16,986 bases of DNA from Sulfurimonadaceae bacterium. Its GTDB lineage: Bacteria; Campylobacterota; Campylobacteria; Campylobacterales; Sulfurimonadaceae. Under the pieces are notes generated by a model. That model made no database searches. It saw only the letters and a list, made by a program, of their open reading frames with translations, and was not told the origin of the DNA. Of this stretch, positions 1-8,309 are shown in pieces (the stretch's first letter is position 1; the number at the start of each line of letters is the position of its first letter). Location of the stretch: positions 1-16,986 of the forward strand of contig JBFFUI010000042.1 in NCBI GenBank assembly GCA_041571435.1, given 5' to 3'. Made by a program: the position numbers and the translations under genes.

Positions 1-1
1 A

Positions 2-1330
2 CGTACATTCGAGGCGCTGGAAGGTGTTAAAACCGCCATCGTCCACCTGTATAACTCGACATCGATCGCACAGCGAAAGATCGTCTTTCAAAAAGAGCGT
101 CAGGAGATCATCGATCTTGCCCTAAAGGGTGTTGACCTGGTAAAGAAGTACGAAGCCCAACACGATGGTGTTATTCAACTGGAGTATTCACCAGAATCGT
201 TCACCGGTACTGAACTGGACTTTGCGGCCGAGATCTGTAATGCCGTAACCGCTCGATGGGGCATCGCGGCAGATCGTAAAGTGGTCATCAACCTACCGGC
301 AACGGTCGAGATGGCGACACCGAATGTCTATGCCGACCAGATCGAGTGGATGAGCCGTCACCTTGACAACCGCGAGCACATCTTGATCTCGACACACACG
401 CATAACGACCGTGGGACTTCGGTTGCGGCAACAGAACTTGCACTTTTGGCCGGAGCAGACCGTGTTGAGGGTACATTGCTTTCCAACGGTGAACGTACAG
501 GTAATGTCGACATCATCACCCTGGCACTGAACATGTACACACAAGGTTTGGACACAGGTCTTGACTTCAGTGATGTCAATACCGTCTTGGATGTTGTAGA
601 ACGCTGTACCGATATGAAGACCCACGAACGCCATCCGTATGTCGGCGAACTGGTCTACACCGCTTTTTCAGGATCACACCAGGATGCGATCAACAAAGGA
701 TTGGCCTACCAACGTGCCAAAGAGGAGCCGTTTTGGGAAGTACCGTACCTACCGATCGACCCGGAAGATGTCGGACGTAGCTATGAAAGTATCATCCGTA
801 TCAACTCCCAGTCAGGTAAAGGCGGTGTGGCTTATATCATGGAAGATAGCTTCGGGTATCAACTTCCAAAGGCGATGCACCCTGAATTTGGCAAGATCGT
901 CCAAGAGGTGACTGATACAGAAGCGAGGGAACTTGACAACGATGAGATCCTGGCGATCTTTGAAAAGACCTACTTCTCACCACCGTCACATCTTGAGCTT
1001 ATATCCCGTAAAGCATCGACAAAAGAGAATGCCGTATGGTGTGAACTGCATTACCGCTATAACGGCGAAGAGATTGTTGCAGAAGGTGAAGGTAACGGCC
1101 CTATTGATGCCTGTCGTAAAGCCTTGCTGAAAGACTATCCGAACGCCTTTACCATCAACTCCTATTCGGAGCACTCATGCGGCGAAAAGTCAACGGCAGA
1201 AGCCGTCGCTTACATCGAGATCGAAACCGACGAAGGCGACCGTTTCTTTGGCGTCGGAAAAGACAGTGACATTACGCTGGCCTCGATCAAAGCGCTCTTC
1301 AGTGCGATCAACCGCGCGTTTAAAAAGTAA
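2..1330 (+). CDS. leuA: 2-isopropylmalate synthase (yeast/actinobacterial-type LeuA), 5'-truncated by the window edge
   Basis: The frame is open from position 2 (RTFEALEGVKTAIVHLYNSTS...EYSPESFTGTE...) and runs into the tracked ORF at 281. Motifs: INLPATVE, HTHNDRG, GERTGNVD, HPYVGELVYTAFSGSHQDAI, IRINSQSGKGG and the C-terminal regulatory domain GNGPIDA. Stop TAA at 1328-1330. Confidence 0.96.
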   Translation, partial: RTFEALEGVKTAIVHLYNSTSIAQRKIVFQKERQEIIDLALKGVDLVKKYEAQHDGVIQLEYSPESFTGTELDFAAEICNAVTARWGIAADRKVVINLPATVEMATPNVYADQIEWMSRHLDNREHILISTHTHNDRGTSVAATELALLAGADRVEGTLLSNGERTGNVDIITLALNMYTQGLDTGLDFSDVNTVLDVVERCTDMKTHERHPYVGELVYTAFSGSHQDAINKGLAYQRAKEEPFWEVPYLPIDPEDVGRSYESIIRINSQSGKGGVAYIMEDSFGYQLPKAMHPEFGKIVQEVTDTEARELDNDEILAIFEKTYFSPPSHLELISRKASTKENAVWCELHYRYNGEEIVAEGEGNGPIDACRKALLKDYPNAFTINSYSEHSCGEKSTAEAVAYIEIETDEGDRFFGVGKDSDITLASIKALFSAINRAFKK

Positions 1331-1826
1331 ACCCTATCACCACCTCGGGGTAACCCGAGGTGTTATCCCGCAGATCATTGGCATCTATTCGATACTCCTG
1401 TATCCAACCAAACCCCGCATAACCGTTTTGAAACAGCACTGCGACACCGGCACGTGCACCCACACTGCTATAGTCTTTAACATCATTGTCAAAATAGGTG
1501 TAACGATATAACGCCCCGAGATAGGGACGGAACTCTGTGTTCGTCGGTACATAGTAAGTGACAGGAAGCGTACCATGATGGATCGTCGGCGATCCGCCGA
1601 ACCACCCCCGGTATCCAAGCCCCACGGCAAGGTTCTCTAAGAGATAATAGTCCACGCTGACACCTAAAACGTAGTAATTCTCTACGTAGGTGCCGATAAA
1701 TGTGCCATCTGAGTAGCTGACACTTCCGGAACCGAATGTGATACCGACACTCTTGTGACCTACACTAAACGGGTTGGCAAAGGCGAGTGCGTTTAAGACC
1801 AGCAGTGTCGAAATGATCCTGAGCAT
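1320..1826 (-). CDS. Small outer-membrane beta-barrel protein (hypothetical)
   Basis: 168 aa with a Sec signal peptide (MLRIISTLLVLNALAFA), Gly/Tyr-rich amphipathic strands (FRPYLGALYRY, LAVGLGYRGW) and a C-terminal aromatic beta-signal (VVIGFTF). Starts 9 bp after the PBP1A stop. Confidence 0.8.
   Translation of the reverse strand: MLRIISTLLVLNALAFANPFSVGHKSVGITFGSGSVSYSDGTFIGTYVENYYVLGVSVDYYLLENLAVGLGYRGWFGGSPTIHHGTLPVTYYVPTNTEFRPYLGALYRYTYFDNDVKDYSSVGARAGVAVLFQNGYAGFGWIQEYRIDANDLRDNTSGYPEVVIGFTF
1341..1362 (+). terminator. Candidate terminator-like hairpin downstream of leuA, inside the antisense OMP CDS
   Basis: Perfect 9-bp stem CACCTCGGG-GTAA-CCCGAGGTG with a GNRA tetraloop, 10 nt after the leuA stop. 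The U-tract that follows is weak (TTAT). Confidence 0.45.
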
Positions 1827-1835
1827 CTGAAACGC

Positions 1836-3941
1836 CTAAAAAAGCAGCTCTTCGTCTGCTTCCGCCTGTACCTCTACATGCGGCGGTTTTGAGATGTCGG
1901 TGAAATACTCTTTTTTCTTTCCTTCCACCGTTACCTCGATCACATCATCCGGTTTTTCAAACTTGCGCGGCATCTGCGGGTAGATCTTGATGAGCTCTTT
2001 ATAATAATAGCCGAACGAAGGTGCCGCTGTCCATCCTCCCTGCTCTTTACCCCAGAGTGGCGAGTTGTCATCATTTCCAAACCAGACTACCGTCTCGATA
2101 GAAGGTGAATAGCCGACGAACCAGGTATCGATAGAGTCGTTGGTCGTTCCCGTCTTGCCTGCAAGCTCTATGCCGTATGCACGGGCACGGATTCCGGTAC
2201 CGCGCTCGACGATGTCACGCAGTATTGTCGTCATCAAAAAGGCCTGTCGCTCTTCTGTCACCTTTTTGACAACCTGTGCCGGGTGTTCCCAAAGTGTCTC
2301 ACCGTTTTGTTCAACATAATTGATCAGACGCAGATCGCTTAACTGTCCCCCGTTGGCAAATGAGGTAAAATATTGTGCAAAACGCTCCGGTGTCAGCGTA
2401 ATACTCCCCAGCGATAGCGAAAGATCACTCGGCAGATCCTCGATCTCATACTGCTCTTTGAGCTTGCTCTTGATAGTGTTGATACCGATATCGGTCACAA
2501 GATTGATCGTCGCAAGATTGCGTGAATGCACCAAAGCTTCACGCAATGAGATAAGCCCTTTAAAGTTGTTCTCATAGTTTTTCGGTTTCCATTGACGCGT
2601 CTCATTTGACTCTTTGTCCTGGTCTGTCTCAAAATCATAGGTACGTGCGATATCGATAAGATTGGTTGCAGGCGAAAGGCCGAAGTCCAAGGCGACCTGA
2701 TACAAGAACGGCTTAAACGCTGAACCCGGCTGACGTTTTGCCATTGTAGCACGGTTAAAGGCACTTTTGGAGTGGTCAACGCCACCTACCAAAGCACGGA
2801 TCTCACCCACTTTCGGATCGACCGATACCAAAGCACCGTTAAATTTGCTCAGGTTCTGGTCCTCATAAAAAGGGTAGTTCTCAGGATCTTTTTTCTCTTC
2901 GACCGTCGTGTTGTAATCCGCAAGGCGTCCCTTGGCCTGCTCATACCCATAGGCCAAAGCTTCGCGACCCGCCGCCTGCATCTTCAAATCGATCGTCGTA
3001 TAGACTTTGTAGCCGCCTGTTTTGAAGTCAGGGAACTCTTCTTTAAGACGGCGCACCACCTCATCGACCACATAGGGTGCTTTGTTTTGTGTCAGTGTCT
3101 CGTCATAAACCACCGGCTTCTCGTTGAGCGCTTTTTCGTAGGTCTCATCATCAATCCAGGCCAGCGTATGAAGACGTTCGATAACACGGTTGGCACGTCC
3201 CAGAGAGATGTCGTAGTTCTTTGTCGGTGCATAATAGCTCGGCGCTTTCGGAAGACCGACCAGAATAGCAATCTCTTTGAGTGTCAGATCTTTTAGCTCT
3301 TTATGAAAATACCCGTCAGCCGCCGTCTTGACCCCGTAATAGTTGTGACCGAGATAGATCTCATTGAAGTAGCGCTCCAGTATCTCGACCTTCGTCAGTT
3401 CGGACTCGATCTTATAAGAGAGAAAAAGCTCTTTGATCTTTCTTGATATCTTCTTCTCGCGGGTCAAGAGCGTATTTTTCACCAGCTGCTGCGTCAGAGT
3501 ACTTGCCCCTTCGACGACTTTCATCGCTTTGACGTTTTTGATCATAGCACGGAAGATCGCATCATAGTTGATACCGCCGTGTTCAAAAAATGAGGTATCT
3601 TCGATCGCCAGCAGTGCCTCGACCATCTTTGGCGGAATCTCCTCAAACGGTGCGAAAAAGCGGTGACGCTTCTCAAATACATTGGCGATCTTGTCCCCGT
3701 TTACATCATAGATGCGTGAAGAAACTTTCGGACTGTACTCTGTCGTCAATTTGCTTGTGTCATAGGTCAGACTCAATGCAATAGAGCCGACATAGATTAT
3801 TGGTCCCAAGATGACCAGCAGCAAAACGGCGACGGTGATGATCTTTTTAAGACCCGGCTTTTTCGTAGCAGATGACGGTGCATCTATTTTCAAACCGCCT
3901 TTGCGTTGTCTCTTTTTCTCTAATATCTTATCAATGTTCAT
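1836..3941 (-). CDS. pbpA: Class A penicillin-binding protein 1A (transglycosylase/transpeptidase)
   Basis: N-terminal transmembrane anchor. Transglycosylase motifs EDTSFFEHGG, GASTLTQQL and RKIKE. Transpeptidase motifs SAFK (SxxK), SRN (SxN) and KTGT. Confidence 0.95.
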   Translation of the reverse strand: MNIDKILEKKRQRKGGLKIDAPSSATKKPGLKKIITVAVLLLVILGPIIYVGSIALSLTYDTSKLTTEYSPKVSSRIYDVNGDKIANVFEKRHRFFAPFEEIPPKMVEALLAIEDTSFFEHGGINYDAIFRAMIKNVKAMKVVEGASTLTQQLVKNTLLTREKKISRKIKELFLSYKIESELTKVEILERYFNEIYLGHNYYGVKTAADGYFHKELKDLTLKEIAILVGLPKAPSYYAPTKNYDISLGRANRVIERLHTLAWIDDETYEKALNEKPVVYDETLTQNKAPYVVDEVVRRLKEEFPDFKTGGYKVYTTIDLKMQAAGREALAYGYEQAKGRLADYNTTVEEKKDPENYPFYEDQNLSKFNGALVSVDPKVGEIRALVGGVDHSKSAFNRATMAKRQPGSAFKPFLYQVALDFGLSPATNLIDIARTYDFETDQDKESNETRQWKPKNYENNFKGLISLREALVHSRNLATINLVTDIGINTIKSKLKEQYEIEDLPSDLSLSLGSITLTPERFAQYFTSFANGGQLSDLRLINYVEQNGETLWEHPAQVVKKVTEERQAFLMTTILRDIVERGTGIRARAYGIELAGKTGTTNDSIDTWFVGYSPSIETVVWFGNDDNSPLWGKEQGGWTAAPSFGYYYKELIKIYPQMPRKFEKPDDVIEVTVEGKKKEYFTDISKPPHVEVQAEADEELLF

Positions 3942-4639
3942 TCTCTAAATTTCCTGTTTGCAAAACTTGCTTCTATTAATGTCTTGGTATAGGGGCTGGA
4001 GGGGTCGTTCACCACCTCCTCCATCATACCGCTCTCTTGCACTCTGCCCTCTTTGATGACACAGATCTCATCACAAAGCATCGCAGCGGAGTGCATGTCA
4101 TGGGTCACAAAAAGTACCTTGAACCCCTGGCTCTGCTGCAGCTTTTTAAGCAGTTCGATGATGACAACTCTCGTCTTGGGATCGAGCGCTGTTGTCGGCT
4201 CATCCAGCATCAGCAGCTTTGGCTCACCGCTCAGGGCGATGGCGATCACGACACGCTGCAGCTGACCCCCTGAGAGTTCCGGAGGAAAGCGTTCCAGCAG
4301 TTCCAGGTCAAGCTCCACACTTTCGCACAACCCCTGCATCTTTTGCTGATCAACAAAAAACTGATCTTTGATCTTGGTCAGCGGTGAAAGCGCTGTAAAA
4401 GGGTTCTGCGGCACAAATGCAATCGTTTTACCCCGCTCCAGTCTGAAATCAGCGTCCAGTTCCAAATCCAAGGTCATCTGAGAAGGGAGCATCCCAAGCA
4501 GTGCTTTAAGCGTCAGACTTTTACCGCTTCCGCTCTGCCCGACGAGTGCCAATGCATGCCGTATGGTAAAGTCGATATCCACAAGCGGTTTCTCATCAAG
4601 CGAAACCTGGAGTTTTCTGATCTTCATTACGCCCTTCAC
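3938..4639 (-). CDS. ABC transporter ATP-binding protein, DppD/OppD/NikD-like, with no adjacent permease; the start may be the ATG at 4627
   Basis: Walker A GQSGSGKS, Q-loop PQNPFTAL, signature LSGGQLQR, Walker B LMLDEPTTALD, H-loop VTHD and C-terminal PSSPYTKTL. ATGA overlap with pbpA. Confidence 0.9.
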   Translation of the reverse strand: MKGVMKIRKLQVSLDEKPLVDIDFTIRHALALVGQSGSGKSLTLKALLGMLPSQMTLDLELDADFRLERGKTIAFVPQNPFTALSPLTKIKDQFFVDQQKMQGLCESVELDLELLERFPPELSGGQLQRVVIAIALSGEPKLLMLDEPTTALDPKTRVVIIELLKKLQQSQGFKVLFVTHDMHSAAMLCDEICVIKEGRVQESGMMEEVVNDPSSPYTKTLIEASFANRKFRE

Positions 4640-4658
4640 AAGCCCTTAAATAGCAGGT

Positions 4659-4664
4659 ATTTTA
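4659..4664 (-). promoter_or_regulatory. Candidate internal sigma70 -10 element for ABC ATPase-pbpA-OMP
   Basis: TTTGGA-TAAAAT on the minus strand in the 37-bp bioF/ABC gap. The context matches the alaS -10 (TTGGA-TATAAT). Confidence 0.4.
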
Positions 4665-4676
4665 TCCAAACTCTGG

Positions 4677-5801
4677 TTAATCGCCTATTCCTGCCTCGTT
4701 GAGTGCGGCTTTGATCTTCAGGCAGCTCTCCCGAAACGCCGTCTCATCCGGTCCGAGACGCGCGATAAAACGGATAATAGCGGCAGGAACCGTCGGCTGA
4801 CGGATCGCTCCCACAAGAATATTTTGTTCCAGCAGCGCTTTTTGGATCGCCATCACTTTACGGTTGTCATTTACAAGAATCGGCACGATAAGACCCTTCA
4901 CCTCTACGCCGAGGATCTCTTTCACTGTCGCTTGACGACCTTTGATCGCTGCTTTCAGCTGCGGGGTGTTTGCTTGGATATAGCGCAGCGCGTGATGTCC
5001 CAGCAAGGTGTCAAACAGTGATGGTGCTGTCGCATAGATGATGGGCTTTGCACGGTTCACAAGAAAGTCGATGATATGTTCCGATGCCAGGATGTAGGCA
5101 CCGAAACTGCCATAGGCTTTCCCCAGTGTCCCCATCTTGATATGGTTGGGTTTAGGTTCGATATCGTAATAGTCTAAAATACCCATCAGCTTCTTACCGA
5201 TAACACCCGAACTGTGGGCTTCATCCAGGATCAGCAGGGCATTATAACGGTCGGCAAGTTCAATGATCTCACGGGGTACCAGATCACCGTCCATGGAGTA
5301 GATCCCCTCGACGGCGACGATGTTACGTTTAGCCGTCGAGTTTGCCAAAAGCTGCTCAAGTTCCTTTACACTGTTGTGCGAAAAATTGTGCAGTTCGCCG
5401 TCGATCAGCTTTGACGCCAAAACCCCGGAAGCGTGATACTTATCGTCCATAAGGAGTGCGTCACCTTTGCGCACAAGAGTCTCGATCATCGCGATGTTGG
5501 CATTGAAACCGGAACCGAGTATCACCCCCTCTTCAAAACCGTTCGCCTCAGAGAGGGCACGCTCAAAATTTTGATGGACCTTCGTATAGCCGTTGACCAG
5601 CATCGAAGCCTTGGATGCGTGTGACGCCAACGATCGCAACTCTTTTATCGCCGCGTCCAGTATCCCGCTGTTGTGTGCCAGGCCAAGATAGTCGTTTGAC
5701 GCCATATCAATGACCGTATCCTCAAAAATCCGGCGTTCACGGTAGCGGCCCGAACGTTTCAGTGCTGCCAGCTCTTTGGCATAAAACCCGCTACTGGCCA
5801 A
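4677..5801 (-). CDS. bioF: 8-amino-7-oxononanoate synthase (PLP alpha-oxoamine synthase)
   Basis: Motifs SNDYLGLA, HASGV, EGIYSMDGD, DEAHSSG, GTLGKAYG (PLP lysine), IYATAP and AIRQPTVP. TTG start overlaps the NfeD 3' end. Confidence 0.87.
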   Translation of the reverse strand: MASSGFYAKELAALKRSGRYRERRIFEDTVIDMASNDYLGLAHNSGILDAAIKELRSLASHASKASMLVNGYTKVHQNFERALSEANGFEEGVILGSGFNANIAMIETLVRKGDALLMDDKYHASGVLASKLIDGELHNFSHNSVKELEQLLANSTAKRNIVAVEGIYSMDGDLVPREIIELADRYNALLILDEAHSSGVIGKKLMGILDYYDIEPKPNHIKMGTLGKAYGSFGAYILASEHIIDFLVNRAKPIIYATAPSLFDTLLGHHALRYIQANTPQLKAAIKGRQATVKEILGVEVKGLIVPILVNDNRKVMAIQKALLEQNILVGAIRQPTVPAAIIRFIARLGPDETAFRESCLKIKAALNEAGIGD

Positions 5802-6201
5802 GCTTTGCCTTATTGTTCACGATATCGACCACTTCGACTCTGTCGCCATCTTTGTATTGGCTCAGATCATCATCGCTCTGCCAGTAGGTGCCGTCCATTT
5901 TCACCATGCCGCCCTCAATGACCCCCAAACCGCTTTTATGGATCTTCTCCTCACTGCTGTCTTCACTCTTGACGATAAGTCGCATACTCCACTTTCTCAG
6001 TGTCAACAGAAGGATAAGACCGATCGAGACGGCGACCGCGATCTGCGCATAGCCGCTTTCAAATAACCCCATGTAGGTGAGCAGGGCCACAACAACAAAA
6101 CCGATACCGATCCAGATCAGAAAAAATGAGAAGACAAGTGCCTCAAGTCCGATGAGAAAAACACCGAACGCGAGGAGGTAGGCCCAGTCGATGACCTCCA
6201 T
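5791..6201 (-). CDS. NfeD-family (short, YbbJ-like) membrane protein
   Basis: Hydrophobic N-terminal helices with the LIGLE motif and a C-terminal OB-fold-like segment (GMVKMDGTYW...GDRVEVV). Coupled to the SPFH gene by a TAATG overlap. Confidence 0.88.
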   Translation of the reverse strand: MEVIDWAYLLAFGVFLIGLEALVFSFFLIWIGIGFVVVALLTYMGLFESGYAQIAVAVSIGLILLLTLRKWSMRLIVKSEDSSEEKIHKSGLGVIEGGMVKMDGTYWQSDDDLSQYKDGDRVEVVDIVNNKAKLGQ

Positions 6202-7118
6202 TACGACTGTACCTCTTTTTTAGCGCCGATGAACTCTTTTAAGATCGAAAGTGATCCAATCAGTTCAGTGGTCTCATACGGCACGATCACCTTGTCATTG
6301 GACTCGTTCTTCGCCAGCTCTTTAAACGCACTGACACGGTCTTTTGCCAACAGGAATTCTGCAGCCTGCGGGTTGGACGCCATAGCCGTATTGATCATCT
6401 CCATCGCCTTGAACTGTCCCTCAGCCGTCTTCTCTTGTTCGTACTTGCTTGCATCGGCCATACGTTCGATCGCTTCGGCCTGCAAGAAAGCTTTTTGACG
6501 CTCACCTTCCGCCTCTCGGATCACCGCCTCTTTGTTCGCCTGTGCCTTCAGCTCGATGGCGCGTTTCTCACGTTCTGCCTTCATCTGCATGTTCATCGCC
6601 TCTTCGATCTCAAGTGGGACAGAGATGTCACGCAGCTCCACGCGCATCGTCTTGATACCCCATTTTTGTGACGCTTCGTCAATCGCCGTCAAGATACTGC
6701 GGTTCAACGTATCACGGGAAGAGAGGCTCTCGTCGAGTGCCATCTGGCCGATTTCGGCACGCAGGGTTGTCGTCGCCAGATTGGCGATGGCCCGCTTGAA
6801 ATCGACCACCCCGTATGCTGCCATCTTGGCATTCTCAACCTGAATAAAGACCAGACCGTCCACACTGATATTGACATTGTCTTTAGTAATGACGTTTTGC
6901 CCGGGTATATCGATGATCTGCTCTTGCTTGGTCACCATCATAGCCACTGCATCCACAATCGGGATGATGACATGAAAGCCACCCTCGATAGTCCGGTTGT
7001 ATTTACCGAGACGCTCAATAACATAAGCACGGGACTGGGGAACGATCTTGATCCCTTTGACAATGATGATTAACACCGCAAAAACGATTGCAATACTGAT
7101 AGCGCTGACAGCTTCCAT
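6201..7118 (-). CDS. SPFH/band-7 (stomatin/QmcA-like) membrane protein
   Basis: N-terminal transmembrane helix, IVPQ..VIERLGKY, VITKDNV, TTLRAEIGQM, WGIKTMRVEL and the coiled coil QMKAEREKRA...AEGERQ. Confidence 0.93.
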   Translation of the reverse strand: MEAVSAISIAIVFAVLIIIVKGIKIVPQSRAYVIERLGKYNRTIEGGFHVIIPIVDAVAMMVTKQEQIIDIPGQNVITKDNVNISVDGLVFIQVENAKMAAYGVVDFKRAIANLATTTLRAEIGQMALDESLSSRDTLNRSILTAIDEASQKWGIKTMRVELRDISVPLEIEEAMNMQMKAEREKRAIELKAQANKEAVIREAEGERQKAFLQAEAIERMADASKYEQEKTAEGQFKAMEMINTAMASNPQAAEFLLAKDRVSAFKELAKNESNDKVIVPYETTELIGSLSILKEFIGAKKEVQS

Positions 7119-7133
7119 GGACGATCCTTTAAT

Positions 7134-7157
7134 ATATTGTGATCAATTATACAATAT
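7134..7157 (-). promoter_or_regulatory. Candidate sigma70 -10 (TATAAT, 7146-7151) of the SPFH-nfeD-bioF unit, overlapped by a 7-N10-7 inverted repeat
   Basis: The minus strand reads TTGTATAAT upstream of SD AAAGGA and the ATG at 7118. The palindrome is ATATTGT-N10-ACAATAT. Confidence 0.55.
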
Positions 7158-7181
7158 TACATAAGAGAGAACATTTGAGGC

Positions 7182-7739
7182 TCAGATAAACGTCTTTAAG
7201 ACTTCGACGCTCAAACCCATCGCACACGACTCATACCCTTTGACCTCTCGGATATAAGATTTACAGAAACCCTCCACCATGCAGCCCCCGGCTTTGCCCT
7301 GCCACTTGCCTGAAGCCAGATAGGCCTCAAGGTCCGTTTCATTAAAAGTGTCAAAGAGGTAATCGGTCGACGAGATGTCAAGCAGTTCGAGTCTTTCACT
7401 TTTATAGATCATGCAGGTGACGATGGAAGTAACGCTGCCGCTTTGCGTCTTCAGTATCTCCCTCGCCTCTTCCAGCGACTTTGCTTTGCGCAGGATCTTC
7501 CCTTGTGAAGTGACGACGGTGTCAGAGACCAGTAACGGCATCTCTTTATAGTCATAGGCTTTGAGCGCCGCCTGATATTTCCCGACGGTAGCCTGATAGA
7601 CAAAGTTTTTAGGGGAGTCGGCGATGATCTGTTCCTCGTCATAATCGACCGGTGACTGAATAAAATCAATACCTGTATCGCGAAGGAGAAGTGCCCGGCT
7701 CTCTGATTGTGAGCAGAGGCGGATTTTAGGTAAATTCAT
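7182..7739 (-). CDS. maf: Maf family nucleoside triphosphate pyrophosphatase
   Basis: Motifs IRLCSQSESRALLL, VSDTVV, ILRK, GKAGGCMVEG and MGL. Lies downstream of alaS, as in Campylobacter and Helicobacter. Confidence 0.9.
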   Translation of the reverse strand: MNLPKIRLCSQSESRALLLRDTGIDFIQSPVDYDEEQIIADSPKNFVYQATVGKYQAALKAYDYKEMPLLVSDTVVTSQGKILRKAKSLEEAREILKTQSGSVTSIVTCMIYKSERLELLDISSTDYLFDTFNETDLEAYLASGKWQGKAGGCMVEGFCKSYIREVKGYESCAMGLSVEVLKTFI

Positions 7740-7772
7740 CGGATTCCTTTTAAGAAAGGTTCTGAAAAGAGT

Positions 7773-8309
7773 TTAGGTGTGCGAGTAACGCAGTACGACA
7801 CCGAGATAGATCGCGATCAGTCCAAGTACGATGTTCAAAGGAACAAGATATTTACCGATCATCCCCAGCATCGCTTTAGCGGCCGGCAAGCCGCCTGATG
7901 CAAGGATTTTTTTGGCTTTGACAAGACGCCAGACCATATAGCCGTAGTTCATCGCCATCACCATCCAGATCGCCTCTTTGACATGGACCAGCTGGTATAC
8001 CCCGAAGGCGACCTCGTCGATCACATTGCCACTTGCATCAACAGCGGCCGCTCTAAAACCCCAGCCTACCGCCATCAAAATAGCCGTAACGATCAAAACA
8101 ATGATAAATGGCGCTACGATTGTAAAGAGATTGCCAAGTGCTTGCGCGGTACGGGGAAGTCGCTGCGCCGGTTCCAATGCCTGGAACGAGTAGTGCGCGG
8201 CAAAACGCATGGCGATCATACCGCCGACCCATACGACAGCGCTGATAACATGCAAAAAGACCAGCAACTCTGTATTAGCCCAGAAAAACTCGACCATCCA
8301 CGCTTTCAT
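7773..8309 (-). CDS. Four-TM integral membrane protein, CopD/DUF2269-like
   Basis: Four hydrophobic segments. TM1 motif FLHVISAVVWVGG, with a second His in VHVKE. TAATG overlap with alaS. Confidence 0.7.
   Translation of the reverse strand: MKAWMVEFFWANTELLVFLHVISAVVWVGGMIAMRFAAHYSFQALEPAQRLPRTAQALGNLFTIVAPFIIVLIVTAILMAVGWGFRAAAVDASGNVIDEVAFGVYQLVHVKEAIWMVMAMNYGYMVWRLVKAKKILASGGLPAAKAMLGMIGKYLVPLNIVLGLIAIYLGVVLRYSHT

Noticed and set aside
281..283. GTG at 281 as the leuA start
   Set aside because: The frame is open to the window edge and encodes conserved LeuA motifs upstream, so the true start lies outside the window.
4677..5801. Serine palmitoyltransferase (sphingolipid plus flotillin raft system) interpretation
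   Set aside because: The motifs GTLGKAYG, IYATAP and AIRQPTVP fit BioF rather than SPT-type GTFSKS. No ACP or ceramide-pathway genes are adjacent.
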